A program made the position numbers and the translations under genes. A model generated the notes under the pieces. That model was not told the origin of the DNA and did not search any database. It was given only the letters and a program-made list of their open reading frames with translations. DNA of 61,068 nucleotides, filler included, from Aduncisulcus paluster (lineage: Eukaryota), in NCBI GenBank assembly GCA_024181965.1. It is 6 parts of 6 records of this genome, joined end to end, with 100 filler letters (N's around TTAATTAATTAA, not from the genome) between each part and the next. Parts side by side here need not be neighbours in the genome. Positions count along the whole stretch, not along the records: positions 12,540 to 30,069 come from BQXS01011038.1; positions 30,170 to 41,273 come from BQXS01011040.1; 4 more parts are not named here. One strand, 5' to 3'. Positions 23,269 to 35,972 of this stretch are shown here, piece by piece (the first letter of the stretch is position 1; the number at the start of each line of letters is the position of its first letter).

Positions 23269-26200
23269 ATGAAAACATTTCACACTTCTATATTAGACAA
23301 AACAGGGCCTGTTAACTATATCTCACTAAATTCGGAAGATATTGATTCAGATCATGATATTAAACGGATAAAATCTGAATATTCTTTAATCGCCGATGAG
23401 ATAATTGCAAAATCATGTGACGAAGGGAAGGATAGTGCTTTGGTGATAGTTGGTGATGTTGGATATGGCTGCCACCTTTTATATGATGAAGCTCACTGTT
23501 TTTTTCAAACTCTATGTTTTAAATTATTTGGGAAATTATTTGAAAATTCATTTCCTGATTTTTCCACTTGTCTTGTATCCATCAGTGCTTTTGAGGTCGT
23601 TTCTGGTGTCGTTGTGGATTTATTCCAAGGATCCCAGCATTCATCTCAATCTTCCGCCCTCTCCTTGAACTGCTTATCGCTCACTCCTGTATATGTTTCC
23701 CAATTCGCTGATATTGATCCAGTCATCCAGCACGTTATTCGTATTCATCACGGAGACAACTGCGAGAGTCTTTGTATTCGCATTGATATTCGAGATATTG
23801 GAGAGCGTATATATGTTGGCAAATCAATTCCCAACAAGGATCCCAAACATGTGTCTATATCGTGTATTGTGACTGATATCATGGAGAGCCTTGACGATGA
23901 ATTAGAAGAAGATAAGGAGGATAAAGTATCCACAAAAGAAGCTCTTGAAGGAAATGATCCATTAACTCCTGGTGGTGAGGCTGATGAGGAAAAGGATCAG
24001 ATTTCAGAAGGCGATGAAGTCAAAATCACGGAGAAAGAAGAGCCAATCGCCTCTGAAACTGTTAAATTAGACCCACTATCTGCTTCCAATGCATCTCCAT
24101 TATTTCCCCTCTCACTCTCTCTTGCGTCTTGCGAGTGCGTGTGTGTGTGAGTGCATCGATGATGGAATTGGGCTTGTTGAAGAGGTTTCACACGATAAAA
24201 CCGATGAAACAGGTAAACTTACCGGTAAAAACACAGGTAAAAGTACCGGTGAAAGTGATTCACAATGTGATCACGAATTGTATAAAACTCAACTGGGTTA
24301 TCTTCTTGGTGTTATCAGCAAACAGAAAGGAACAGAAGCCTATTTATTGGATAAAATCAATGATCTTGAAGAAAAACTCCTTGAAAAAGACCTTTTTGCT
24401 CAGAAAAAGAGTACTGCGGTTGTCAAAACGAAGGATAAGCAAGACAAAATGAGAAAGGAAGATGATGGAACAACGAGTGACGTGACAAATGAAGGAATGA
24501 AAGGTCAATCGACAGTTGGTGATGGGTTGAGTTCTTCTTCTCCTTCATCATCTTGTTTCTCACAGGATTCTATAATTGGCCTTCAATCTTCTTTCCTCTC
24601 ACTATTTTGTGACAACCTTATCTCTTCTCATATTCAGCTCTTCAAAAAGTACAATGAATTGCAGAACGATTTCCTTCTCTCTCCTTTCGTAAATCCTTCT
24701 TTCTCCTCTTCCTCTTCTTCCTCCTCTTCCTCTTCTTCTCTCTCATCTTCCTCGTCTTTCTCGACAACTGTTATATCTCCCTTTGCACCGATGAGTTCAC
24801 AGTCTTTTGTCCATGCCCAATCATCTTCAGGGTTTATCAGGGCTCAAATAGCCAGCTTTAATGCCAAACTTATGCAATTAGAAGGGAAAAATGAAGAATT
24901 GGCACAAGCTTTGAGTCAAACAGAAAAGCTAACTGCTCTTGAGAAAGAAAAATCTAAAAATAGAATTCATGATCTCGAGTGTGAGTTACAAGCCGAAAGA
25001 TGTATTCGGGAAAGGATTGAAGCCGATCTTGCTGAGACAATCACAAGCAAGCATTCATTGCAAAATGAAATGGAAGAATTGCGCCTTTCTGTCGTCTCTC
25101 TTCAATCTTCCTTGTCTTCTTTGACACATTCTCACGAAGATCTGACACATTCCTCAAAAGTTTCCAGGCAAATTGCTGAAGAAGATCTTGAGAAACTTGT
25201 GACCGATAACGTGCGACTCCGTGACGATCTCGAAAAAGAAATTGACAGTGCCAGAGTTAAAATTGAAGAACTTACTCAGCGACTCATGGATGAAAAACTT
25301 GAATCTAAGCGTCAAGAAGGTGATTTTGCCCTCCAACTTGCTGTTGAGACTGAAGTTACCAATGATTTGCAGCTCCAACAAGCCAAGAAACGTCATCACG
25401 TGGAACAATCCATTGAAAAACTCAAGAAGGACATTGAAAGGATGCAGAATGAGCGAAAAGAAATGGAAGAAAAGATGGGAATTATCGAAAAGGATTCCAA
25501 AGCAGAGAAAGAGAAAAGAGAGAAACAAGAGCTCATTCACCAATTAAAAGGAGAGGTTGAGAAATTGGAAGAAGTTAGGCAGATGAAAAAGAAAAGAATT
25601 GAAGTCAGATCCATGTCTCCTTCTTCAAAGATTCCTTCTTCTCTTGTCTCTCCAAAACCCTCTACTCCATTTCGTGGTCCTGAATCAACATCTGTGGCCA
25701 CAAATGAACAGTCAACAGGCCCAACCCCATCCGTTACCGTTGGTACTCCTTCTCCCAGGATCTCAGCCAGAGCTGGCAAGAACCAAGATAACCAGCAATA
25801 TGTTACTGCTATTTCCCCTCTTCCTTCTTCTTCACACACTCCTCTTGATACCGATGCAAGGAAAAGAGCTCTCCGTGACCTTTCGATTAAAGGGGGGAAA
25901 CACAAATCTTTCCTTCAAATTCAAAGAGAGCGCCGTGAAGCCACTGCTAAACGAATTAAAGAGCAACAAAAGAAGGCCCATGAGGAGGAATTGAAGAAAC
26001 AACGTGCGGAAAGAGCTGCCTTAAACATTCATTCTTCCCCTCATCAACCATCTTCCCATCTTCCACACAATGATTCCAAAGAAATGAGTGTGGGTTTGAA
26101 GCCATCCGCACACACACCTGCAAGATACTCGACTCCTACGTCATCTAGCAATGCAAAGACCTCTCAAAAGAAGTCATCTACCTCATTTGGTTCAGGGAAG

Positions 26201-26368
26201 AAAATGAGTCAAGATAAGAAAAAGGCAATTTTAGAGAGAATTCAGAAGTCTCCAACGAAGTTATCACCCGCTGATGTGGTAAAATGTCTATTGGATATCA
26301 GTTCATCGCCTTCAAAGAGTGATATCAAGCAGTTGCTCATGATGTATAAGAAAAAGAAGGAAGAGTAG
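23269..26368 (+). CDS. Degenerate kinesin-like N-terminal domain plus long coiled coil; two ORFs joined by an apparent frameshift at a (GT)n tract near 24140
   Basis: SALVIVGDVGYG (eroded P-loop), VSISAFEVVSGVVVDLF (cf. VSYLEIYNExxxDLL), LTPVYVSQFADI. The downstream ORF is coiled coil plus a basic disordered tail. Confidence 0.55.
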
Positions 26369-26671
26369 ATTTCGTTTGATTTTTTTTTTTGTACATTAAA
26401 TGTACTACATTTATTGTTGGACTCTAAAACTCTAAATAACCAAGAAATCAACTTTTTGATAAGTTATCAATGATAACGTATTCGGATAATTTGTATTGCC
26501 ATTTCACTGTAAATTACTGTAATACAAAGTATTGTAGACTACAATTTGTAGTAAAAAATGATTATTTTGGCAAGAATTGAAATGATGATACAAGAAACAA
26601 ATAATATAGTATCAGATAATAATAATAATAAACAATCATAATACTTATGATAATACCAAAGAAATAAGCAA

Positions 26672-29325
26672 TTAAACACTACCTTTTTGATCATCTTTCC
26701 CAGTAGTTTGCTGCCCGTCAAGTAAACTTTGTCGAACTCCCAACTCATCAACAGCTGATCCATTTATCTTTCCTCTGAAACATTTGAAATAAACGATTAC
26801 ACCTCCAACAATCAATCCAACTCCAATAATACTCACAAGAATTATCCACCAGAGATTAGGACGTGGTTTCTTTCCAAAGATACACTCACCATCGGAAGCA
26901 AGGTATGATTTATCGTCACATTCACATTGGCCCGATGCTTGATTACACACTTCGTTGGGTTTACATTGTGAATCATAAGAACAAATATCAGAAGAGCATG
27001 AATCGCCATACCAACCGTATGAACATCCACATGAAACATACAAATCTCCATCATTCAAAACAGAAGTAAGATCAACCTTCTTTTCACATACAGTACAATG
27101 AATAACATTATCTTCATTAACATCATTGTTTTGTATGCATTTTTCATCATCATTTGGATCAAGAGACTCGTTGATCGGACAGGCTTTGATACATTCATTA
27201 TTTGATTTATCCAGGTAATATCCATTCCAACATTCAACCTGATAAAAACCATCAGAGCGCAGTCGACATGTCTTATGGGAAGAAAAGGATACAGATCCTT
27301 GACATGGACACTTGGATTGATTAGACGAAACAATGGCGAAATTAGGGTTCGTGAAATAGGATCGGAATGATGTCACAACAGAATTAATATCACAGATGGA
27401 GTTGCCACTAATGTCAAGGGTTGTGAGAACATCTTCAGGGAACATGGATGATGTGATCAGAACCGAAATATCGGTAATATTGTTGTTAGAAATGTATAAA
27501 TGCGTCAATTTAAAAGGCTGGGTGGCAAAATCTCCATTTACAATCGGTGTAAAGTCAAGTATCTCGTTGATAGCACTCAATCCACATCCAATTACAGATA
27601 AAGAAGTAAGACCAGAATTAATAGATCCATACGAATTCGAATATGTTACAGCTTTTGCTAAGATCTGAACGACTAACTTATCATACTCAGCATTTTGATT
27701 TATATCTCCGCTCAAATCATAGCCATCAATATTCAGAGATGTCAGACCAACATGTTTACCATTGGATTCTATACCTTGGGCATATTCAAGACCTTGAAGA
27801 GTTGTGATATCATTAACAGTGGAAATTGATGAGGAAGAGCGGGATAATATATCACATAGCGATAACGAAGAACATGTTAAATTACTTCGCATGGTACCAA
27901 CACTGATAATGCCATTCGATTCTTCAGTCATGGAAAGACAATTAAATTTAAGAAATTCACGAATGGTGTCATCGTGAACAGTGTAACACTCCCCATTGGT
28001 TCCTTCCTTGGCAATGAATGCACATTGTTTCTCATTCACACCATCAACACTATTGTACACTTCATTGAGAACTATTGAAGGACATTCACTTTCAGATTCG
28101 GGGTCACAGTTGAAAGGAGTATTCCCAGGATCAGAGTTAATCGGACAATTGTTGGGGAGAAAAAAATCAGTTTTATATTGTGTTTCACGATCATGAATTG
28201 GAAATACAGACATAATAAATGAAAAATAATCATCATCTGACTCTGACCGACAGAGAGGGGTAAAAATGGAGTTTGGAACCGAACCTATTGTGAACCAATA
28301 CATCGAAATATTTCTATAAAAAACAGATATATCATAGATACGCCGATTCCCAGTTATCTCGGATTCATATATTCGACATAATGTAATAAAGAGTTAATAT
28401 CATAAATACCATCACTCAAGATTGGATTATCGGCATATCCCATAATCAAATAAGACAATTGAGAAAGAGAAGAAAATGGTTTACAAGAAGTCGCATAAGT
28501 GTTAACATCAGATGCGTAATACTCATTAATTAAATATTCGGTTCCAACATAAGATGAAATAAGACCGAAATCGACATTACCATCATTAATATAAGCCATT
28601 TTATATTCTGATATATCACAATCGGTTTCTAAATACCAGGCGCGGTTACAAATCATCGATCTGAACAACTTATCTGGAATGTGAACTTCGAATAATTGAT
28701 CACAGTCATCGCCATACCAGGTTGATCGACACCCAAGAGATGGGGTTGAATCTCCTTCATAAAGAATGCACATGTGATACTCATCAGAAATAGATGGACA
28801 TTGAGACAAAGTATCTTCAACACATAAATAAGAGGCCTCATCATAATAATACCCATTCTCACACTCAGCAGCATAACGACCAGGATATGGTTCATTACAT
28901 ACCAAATGATCATCTTCGCCAAGATACATGGAACAATTCTCAGAGAATCCATAGCCAAGGGCAGAATGGAATGAAGAACTCAGAAATACCAAGAAGACGA
29001 ATAATGAGAGCAAAGGTAAAGGCTTATACTTTGAGATCAACAAGAAAAACTTCCTAATATTTGCAAAATGGTCTCGAATAATCCAGAAAATACCAATCAT
29101 GGTCAATATTAATGACAAATGAAGTTCAAGGATTCGAAAGGGAAGATTGACAATATTCAACAGAGAAATCCAAGAAAAAAGTGGTGCAATAAAACTTAAC
29201 AATACAATGAAGTGGATGAAATGTGATTTAATTTGGAGTATGGACAAGGTCTTCATGAAATAAGCTTTTAAATGTGAATGCATGAAAATACCTCCATTTG
29301 GAAGACATGAAGTGCGATAATACAT
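26672..29325 (-). CDS. Type I surface protein with LRR and Cys-rich/EGF-like repeats; two ORFs joined by an apparent 1-nt frameshift near 28388
   Basis: LRR motifs LTHLYISNNNITDISVL and LTTLDISGNSICDI; repeated ECxNGYY and CxxxWYGDxC; C-terminal TM WWIILVSIIGVGLIVGGVIVYF. A -1 shift gives IYDINSL|ITLCRIYESEITGNRRIYDISVF. Confidence 0.8.
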
Positions 29326-29766
29326 TTTATATTAATAATTATAAATGTTTAATTCTATCAACTAGGTTGATTCAAGCAAATTGAGGAGATTGTAACGGTT
29401 TTCGATTAGGGAGTCATAGCGTCTTTATCTTCAATTGAATGTAGGTAAAAATTCATAAAATTATACAATTAAAATATATTTCTTCCATATTATCAAAATT
29501 TTCGGGGTTCTTTACAATTTAAAACAAAATTCACTTTATTGTCACAATATGTATGATATAACGTAATAGATATAATTAAAATGGGGAAAAAATATTGTTC
29601 AAATTGATTTTCTTCTTTATTTATTGGATTATAGCCATGATCTTGATGGTAGACAAATGCACCCCGAATCGGGGTCCCCGAATATCATCAAATATCATCT
29701 CCTCGAAGGAAAACAAGGAGATGATCCAAAAACTTCAAATCTTACATCAGAATCTTTCCACATCAC

Positions 29767-30069
29767 TCACTGACTCTGATCCCAACCTTCCTCATGCTCA
29801 ATACCAGCAACATCACGTCTCATTCCTTCAATGGTTCCAACAGAGCCACCATACTTCTTGCGTTGCTCACGGATAATGGCTTCAATGCTTGGACAGTCAT
29901 AGTCTTCGCCAATCGTGGGAAGGAAAAGTTTGATGCATTGGACTTTCACACGAGCTTCATGCACACTCATGCGTTTCTTACAGTCAAGCAGAGTGAGACC
30001 TGTGAATACTTCATCAAATATTTTATGAACACCCTTCAAGTGTTTGTGTTTCAACCATTACGACTTTGG
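29767..30069 (-). CDS. C-terminal fragment of a paralog of the 42141 protein kinase (truncated at scaffold end)
   Basis: VHxxxxEVFTGLT...KRMSVHEAR.KVQ.IK..LP..GE...CPSIE.II matches the 42141..44537 C-terminus. Confidence 0.85.
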
Positions 30070-30169
30070 NNNNNNNNNNNNNNNNNNNNNNNNNNNNNNN
30101 NNNNNNNNNNNNNTTAATTAATTAANNNNNNNNNNNNNNNNNNNNNNNNNNNNNNNNNNNNNNNNNNNN
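30070..30169. other. Artificial scaffold spacer
   Basis: N44-TTAATTAATTAA-N44. Confidence 0.98.
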
Positions 30170-30320
30170 TGAAGTCCAATATGATGAATATCGAATAATC
30201 ACAATATCAACGGGCTACAATAAATGATGAGAGAAGCTCATCCAAAAAACCTTTAGCAGAATTGAGTAGTATAGTATAGTATATCTTGTAACATTATATA
30301 TATTGTTATCTTTTCCATTC

Positions 30321-30380
30321 TATACTGTACTATACTGTACTATACTGTACTATACTGTACTATACTGTACTATACTGTAC
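30321..30380. repeat. Perfect minisatellite (TATACTGTAC)x6
   Basis: Read directly; lies immediately 3' of the stop of the minus-strand gene ending at 30384. Confidence 0.97.
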
Positions 30381-30383
30381 ATT

Positions 30384-32033
30384 TCAAACGACCTTTTCTT
30401 CTATCTCACCAGATTCCGAATCAAACATCGCCAAAGTCTCTTCCTTCATTTCCTCCAGTTTATAAAGATCATCTCTTTGCCTTCTCAACAACACGGCAGA
30501 TTCTCGAAGTTTAACGTTTTCACCGGAGATTTTTTGAAGAGATGTCCGCAGAGACTTATTTTCATGCTTAAGACTTGCAACAACTCCTTTATAATCAGTC
30601 AAATGCATTGATATTTGTCTAATTCGTTGGAGCAATTCATCACGTTCCCGTTGAAGCATTTCGACCGTTTCAGACAGCGGATGAGCACCAATTTCATCCA
30701 ACTTCTTACTATATTTACCATTTTCTTCTCTCAAACGTTGACATTCACCCTCTTGCGTTCGAAGGGAAGCTGAAAGTTGATCAATTATTCTTTGCATTGC
30801 AGATTCTCGCCGGTTAGGTTTGATATAATCAGGTTTAAGACTATCAGGAGGAATCGGAAGGATTGGATCCGATCGACTTTTCTTATCTTCCGTGGAAATA
30901 GGTTTGCTTGTTGATTTCGAATCTTCACTAATGGATCTCAGAGCAATGTCAGAATGGATAGATTTAGAGTCTAAAAGAATTTGACCCTTTTCTTTGTATT
31001 GAGAAGGAATATGACCCGTGAGCTCAACATAACTCTTTGATATATCTTTGCCACTGGGAATGGATTGTGGGATGAGATTTTCTTTCTCAGATGATTTTTC
31101 TTCACTGATTGCAATCTCTTCCTCAAGTTTTCTTCCGCTTTCTACCTCTTTTTGTACTTCAAAAAGATTTTTAGAAGACGAGGGTGATCTTTGTTCATCC
31201 TTTTTTTCTGTTTCGATGGTTTCCTTGGTTAATTCAATAGATTGGATCTCAACCGTATCTTTAGCCTGTTGTTGTTCAATTTCAGGAATAGATGATTCCT
31301 TTTGCGAGGTACTATGCTGTTCTATACCGTCCTTTTCTCCTGTCATTGATTTCTTCTCACCCATAGATTTAACAGAAGATAGAACATCCTCATGAACTGA
31401 TAAAACTTCCTTTTGATCATAAATTTTCGAATCGTGAGTTTCAAAGATACTATACTGTACTATACTGTTTGTATTTGAAGGGATAATGGATGATATCGGA
31501 AGTTCTTGATCTAAAAGACGGGGTGAACTTTCCTTTCTGGAAGATTTGTGAATATCATCCTTAGCCGATAAACTTTCTTCTGGAGGTGGTGTGGTTGAAG
31601 CAATAATATGTTCTTGGGTTATTTTGCTCGATGATCCGTTCTTAATAATAAACTCATTTTTAGAAGGTTGGAACTCATCGACAGTCATTTTCACCGTAAT
31701 AGATAAATCATCCAGATCAGATTCATCATAATCAACCTTTTCTTCATCAATATCAGAACTATCTTGATCACAATATGATTTTATCTCTCTAAGCCGTTGG
31801 TATTGTGTCTTATCAAGCTTAATTCCTTTATGTAATATATTTTCATACTTTTTCAGCTCCTTTAAAAGAGATTTGTTTTGGTTAATAATTTCTTTGACTT
31901 CTAATACGGCTTGGATATTTTCGACCTTGGAACTTGTGGAAAGCCAGCTTTCAAGGGCATAAATATCTCTATTTAGCGAATTTCTTAGAATATATATCGT
32001 TTGTAGTTCCATTACAAATCCAGATTCGTACAA
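30384..32033 (-). CDS. Uncharacterised acidic protein with C-terminal coiled coil (start uncertain; first ATG at 32012)
   Basis: 549-codon ORF with a heptad-rich C-terminus. Confidence 0.75.
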   Translation of the reverse strand: MYESGFVMELQTIYILRNSLNRDIYALESWLSTSSKVENIQAVLEVKEIINQNKSLLKELKKYENILHKGIKLDKTQYQRLREIKSYCDQDSSDIDEEKVDYDESDLDDLSITVKMTVDEFQPSKNEFIIKNGSSSKITQEHIIASTTPPPEESLSAKDDIHKSSRKESSPRLLDQELPISSIIPSNTNSIVQYSIFETHDSKIYDQKEVLSVHEDVLSSVKSMGEKKSMTGEKDGIEQHSTSQKESSIPEIEQQQAKDTVEIQSIELTKETIETEKKDEQRSPSSSKNLFEVQKEVESGRKLEEEIAISEEKSSEKENLIPQSIPSGKDISKSYVELTGHIPSQYKEKGQILLDSKSIHSDIALRSISEDSKSTSKPISTEDKKSRSDPILPIPPDSLKPDYIKPNRRESAMQRIIDQLSASLRTQEGECQRLREENGKYSKKLDEIGAHPLSETVEMLQRERDELLQRIRQISMHLTDYKGVVASLKHENKSLRTSLQKISGENVKLRESAVLLRRQRDDLYKLEEMKEETLAMFDSESGEIEEKVV

Positions 32034-32180
32034 ATTGTTACAATTAATTGTAGTTTCTGAAAATGTAATATTACAAAATCAATTTTATCATATTTTAAAT
32101 AATGGATAATAACATATAAAAAAAAAATTATAGTATCTCATTTACTTTTTCGATTTCGATTTTAGAGACAACAATTCGAT

Positions 32181-33889
32181 TTAGCGTGATCTTTGGTACG
32201 CAACTGCTAGATGGGTTAATGACGATTCAATTTGAATCATTAAGCGTTCTTTTGACAAAATTATGTCATACACACTCTCGGGAGAAGCAAACGTGATGAA
32301 TCCAAAATTCTTACACGCGGGAATGTGTATATTTACAATAGATCCATAATGTGAGAAGATATCTCTCAGTAAATATTCAGTTTTATGGCCAATTCCATAA
32401 ATAAATAGTGTTTGGGGAGTGATTTTGGTTGGAGGCGAAGATACGCATCTCTCACAGAACTCTAAAAACCATTCTCTCTTACTTCCATGGTCATAGCACC
32501 ATTTCATATGATCGTAAAGAGCACATAACATTGGATCTTTGGGATAGGTATGCAAGGATAATAGATACACGAGATGAGCCCAGGATCGAACAAGATCATT
32601 TCTGGAATGCCCTTCAATCGTTTCCTTTAATTTATGGAACCAATCGTCAAGATAATGGATTATTTGCTGATATATTGAACTCACTAATGCTGATTCACAG
32701 CATAAATTTGAGAAGAATAGAAGAGCATCCCCAAGACAGGATGGATCTTTCTGCACAACGTTAAGAACATGATCTACAAGGGAAAAAACTTCGAAACAAA
32801 AGATTTTATCATGAAATTCTTCACCACCTGAAATTTCAGCCAATAAGTGGACAAATTCTCGAGGAAAAGAAACACTTCCAGGAAAAGAAGTATCTTGGTA
32901 TTGCAGAAGTAACTTATCAATATATATCCTAATAATAGATAGAATAGAAGCTCTAATTGTGGTAGATACAGAAGAATAGATAATATTCTGGAAAGTTCGA
33001 AAAATAACAGAGATTTCATCAACAGACTGATACCCTTCGCCTTGACAACAATTGGAGCCATTGGAGAGAAAGCTTGGGAGTTTATTGAGCATGTACGGAG
33101 GAATGGAACCGATTTCATGGTACCTGGCCGAACCAGAGAAGAGAGATCACGTAGATGGGCATCTACCCTTCTATGTGGGCTTGGAAGAGGCCTGTGTATA
33201 AGAGAAGCGACTTGTGTATCGTCTTACAGCTGGAATTTAATCCAAAAGAAAGAACCAAAGAGCAAGGGTAGTCACCTAAGCTTTTAGTTCTTTCAGCCAA
33301 AAAACACCCAAAAATCTCGCAAATTAAACCCAATTTTACTGAAACAATTTATCGTAAAATCCTAGTGTTTAAAAATTTAGCGAGAACCTGTTACGTCCTA
33401 TAAATAAACACATCATTTTACAGACTTTGTCTCACAACCTCGAGCTAGAATTTTTTCAAAAGAAGATTTAATTTTAGGGAAAAACAATTCATTTTCACGA
33501 GAATGTGCGCGATTGGAATAGCTTTCACATATATTGACAAAGATTTTGGTGATTTCGTCGTCATGCATAATCTGTTCAATTATTGAGAGATGGCCAATAA
33601 ATTCGTGAATAAGCTTGTTCAAATAAAACATGGGAAATGAATGGTGCTGTTTTTGGAGATCAATGGCAAACCAACGAAGATAGTCACAACATTGGAAAAT
33701 CTGAACCTTTTCCTGATCTTGAATCATTGTTATTGAGGAGTCTGATGTCCATTTGTCTTGGAATGCATTGAATACTGAGAGAATTGTATTTTTAGATGAC
33801 ATATAATACTCTGAAGGGCTAAGACGAGGAAATCCATCATCATAATATCCCTTTAGCTTCAGAACAATATCCGATATAGAAAGAGTCAT
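32181..33889 (-). CDS. Helical-repeat protein with C-terminal RRM, interrupted by a ~0.4-kb insertion
   Basis: ORFs 33413..33973 and 32181..33092 fuse in frame (...RGCETKSV|DEISVIFRTF...) when the insert is removed. RRM: TLFIYGI...IFSHYGSIVNIHI...NFGFITF. Confidence 0.7.
33029..33419. mobile_element. Non-coding insertion flanked by the 7-bp direct repeat ACAGACT (33022-33028, 33420-33426)
   Basis: The direct repeats lie in the same codon phase of the two flanking ORFs. Can also be read as a 395-nt TG...CA element (33028-33422). Confidence 0.65.
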
Positions 33890-34262
33890 AGAAATAATTG
33901 ACAAGAAAAACAAATATATTCGAGATGAAACAGCTGAACAACCGTTGAAAAATGAACTGAGTATGCACCTCATTCCTCTAATTAAAATGAAGGACAGTAC
34001 AGGAAAAAAAAAAAAACCGCAAAATTATCGAATATGATATCTATTTTCGATGCATTTTATCAAAAATCAAGATACTGAAACAAATTTGATCATTGTTTTA
34101 GATTTCTCACCAACGTTCATTTTTCCGGTAAAACAAACAATATCATCATTTCAAAAAATAAGATAATCAAAAATGATTATTTGTGAGAATATTCAATAAC
34201 ACAAATGAATACAAGCCATACGGGAAAACTTGAGACTCAAGTCTTGAGTCATGAATACCAAT

Positions 34263-35972
34263 TTACTCAAAATCATCTCTAAATGCTATTGGACGTGGTA
34301 TAGGTGACCTTATAGAAGTATCTCTACGCTTTAATCTTGATGGAGAAGGTCTCGAAAATGCTGAAGAATATGTGGTTTCTGAATATCCTCTGGCGGGTGT
34401 TGTTTGGCTCATAGGTGGTTGATATCTTGTTCCCTTTGGTTGCAATCTTCTTTCTGATAATCTACTTCTGCTATTTTCATTGTATTGTTGTAATCTTGAT
34501 CGTATTTCACTCGTTCTGTGAGTTGTCATTAATTCTCCTCTACCTCCACCCATGGGCTCGGTTTCATCCATTTGGTTGGAAATAGGAGAGAGAGAGCTTC
34601 CAATGTATCGTTTCTTCCGTGCGGACGAGGTCATTCTGGATGGGTCAGGGTGGGAATATTTGGATTTTGGAACAGAGGAAGAATGCTTAAAAACACATAA
34701 TATAATAGCCAAAACAATGGATACCAAGCAGAAAAATGCACATCCAATAAATACCATAATTTCCCAGAACTTAAATCTTGGAGTTTCAACTTCCTCAATA
34801 ATATCTTTCAAAGGACTGTTATTGGCATATTCCATGACATCATATCCATCAGAAACGTATGAATTCACAATAGAATATCCATCTAAAGACATAGAACTCA
34901 CCTGGGCAGTCTCAATCTCGTTCTTACTCTTCATTTTGTGAAATATTGAAGCTTGAGACTCCCTATCGGCCAGAATAGCATTCGTAGTTGAAACTTCAGG
35001 AATATTATCACTCACAACATAGGGATTTACAGCAGCGAGACAATTTATCATTGTCCATAACAAGCCTTCAATACTGATACCAGCAATACTGTCCATAATA
35101 GTCGCCTCCACATCATCAACAATCGCATTATTCATAGTTATAAGGGCATTAAGACCATCTTCAACAAATTGGAGCTCATCTGGGTTGTTATATATGCTCA
35201 CGGTGACAGAATCTTTGATATCTATGTTCATTGATCGTGTAATTTGGAAATATAGCTTACAATCATCGGAAATCGTCGAAATAATGGAACTTTCCAATTC
35301 TAATGTAATTGAAAGAGCATCGTCATCCTGATCTATCCAATCGTCATACGAATATTCACAGGAAAGGCACAAGAGACCACTTACATAAGTTTCGATCGAT
35401 TTTGTACAGGTGTCGGCTGCTGCTTCGAGGTCTTCAAGATACTCATATATGACATCGGTGATGGCTTCAACTTGATCGGAACAATTTACCGTGTCTTCAA
35501 CAATTGCACAAGCCTCTGTATATAATGGAGCCAGGACGTCAGTAACAGTGCTATTTGTGAACATTCCCATCACAAAAGAGATGTCCGCATACATATCTTC
35601 AAAAGAATTCATTAATTTTGTCTGAGAAGCTTCAGGACAACAAGAAAGAGAACCATCCAGATGGGGACAGAGAGCTATTTCGCTTTTTAACTGGGGTAAA
35701 AGGCTTATTTCTGCCCGATAAAAGTATGAGGATCCATCAAGACCTACCTGTAATGGATGATTGCTGCAAATATCTTGAATATCAGTTGAAGTAGTTCCAA
35801 CTTTGGGATAATCCTGGTCGAGAGTTTGATATCTCGAAGATGCCGATGTGAAACGAATACATCCACAAAATGATACGAAAAAAATCCAAGATTGAAAAAG
35901 AAAAAAAGCAAAAGAACGCAAGGAAAATTTTGTTTTAAAAAAATTAGGAAAATAACAAATTTTTGATTTCAT
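34263..35972 (-). CDS. Type I membrane protein with Cys-rich ectodomain (possibly folate-receptor/NPC1-N-like) and basic cytosolic tail
   Basis: N-terminal hydrophobic segment; CPHLDGSLSCC...GLLCLSC Cys spacing; single TM IMVFIGCAFFCLVSIVLAIILCVF. Confidence 0.7.
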   Translation of the reverse strand: MKSKICYFPNFFKTKFSLRSFAFFLFQSWIFFVSFCGCIRFTSASSRYQTLDQDYPKVGTTSTDIQDICSNHPLQVGLDGSSYFYRAEISLLPQLKSEIALCPHLDGSLSCCPEASQTKLMNSFEDMYADISFVMGMFTNSTVTDVLAPLYTEACAIVEDTVNCSDQVEAITDVIYEYLEDLEAAADTCTKSIETYVSGLLCLSCEYSYDDWIDQDDDALSITLELESSIISTISDDCKLYFQITRSMNIDIKDSVTVSIYNNPDELQFVEDGLNALITMNNAIVDDVEATIMDSIAGISIEGLLWTMINCLAAVNPYVVSDNIPEVSTTNAILADRESQASIFHKMKSKNEIETAQVSSMSLDGYSIVNSYVSDGYDVMEYANNSPLKDIIEEVETPRFKFWEIMVFIGCAFFCLVSIVLAIILCVFKHSSSVPKSKYSHPDPSRMTSSARKKRYIGSSLSPISNQMDETEPMGGGRGELMTTHRTSEIRSRLQQYNENSRSRLSERRLQPKGTRYQPPMSQTTPARGYSETTYSSAFSRPSPSRLKRRDTSIRSPIPRPIAFRDDFE

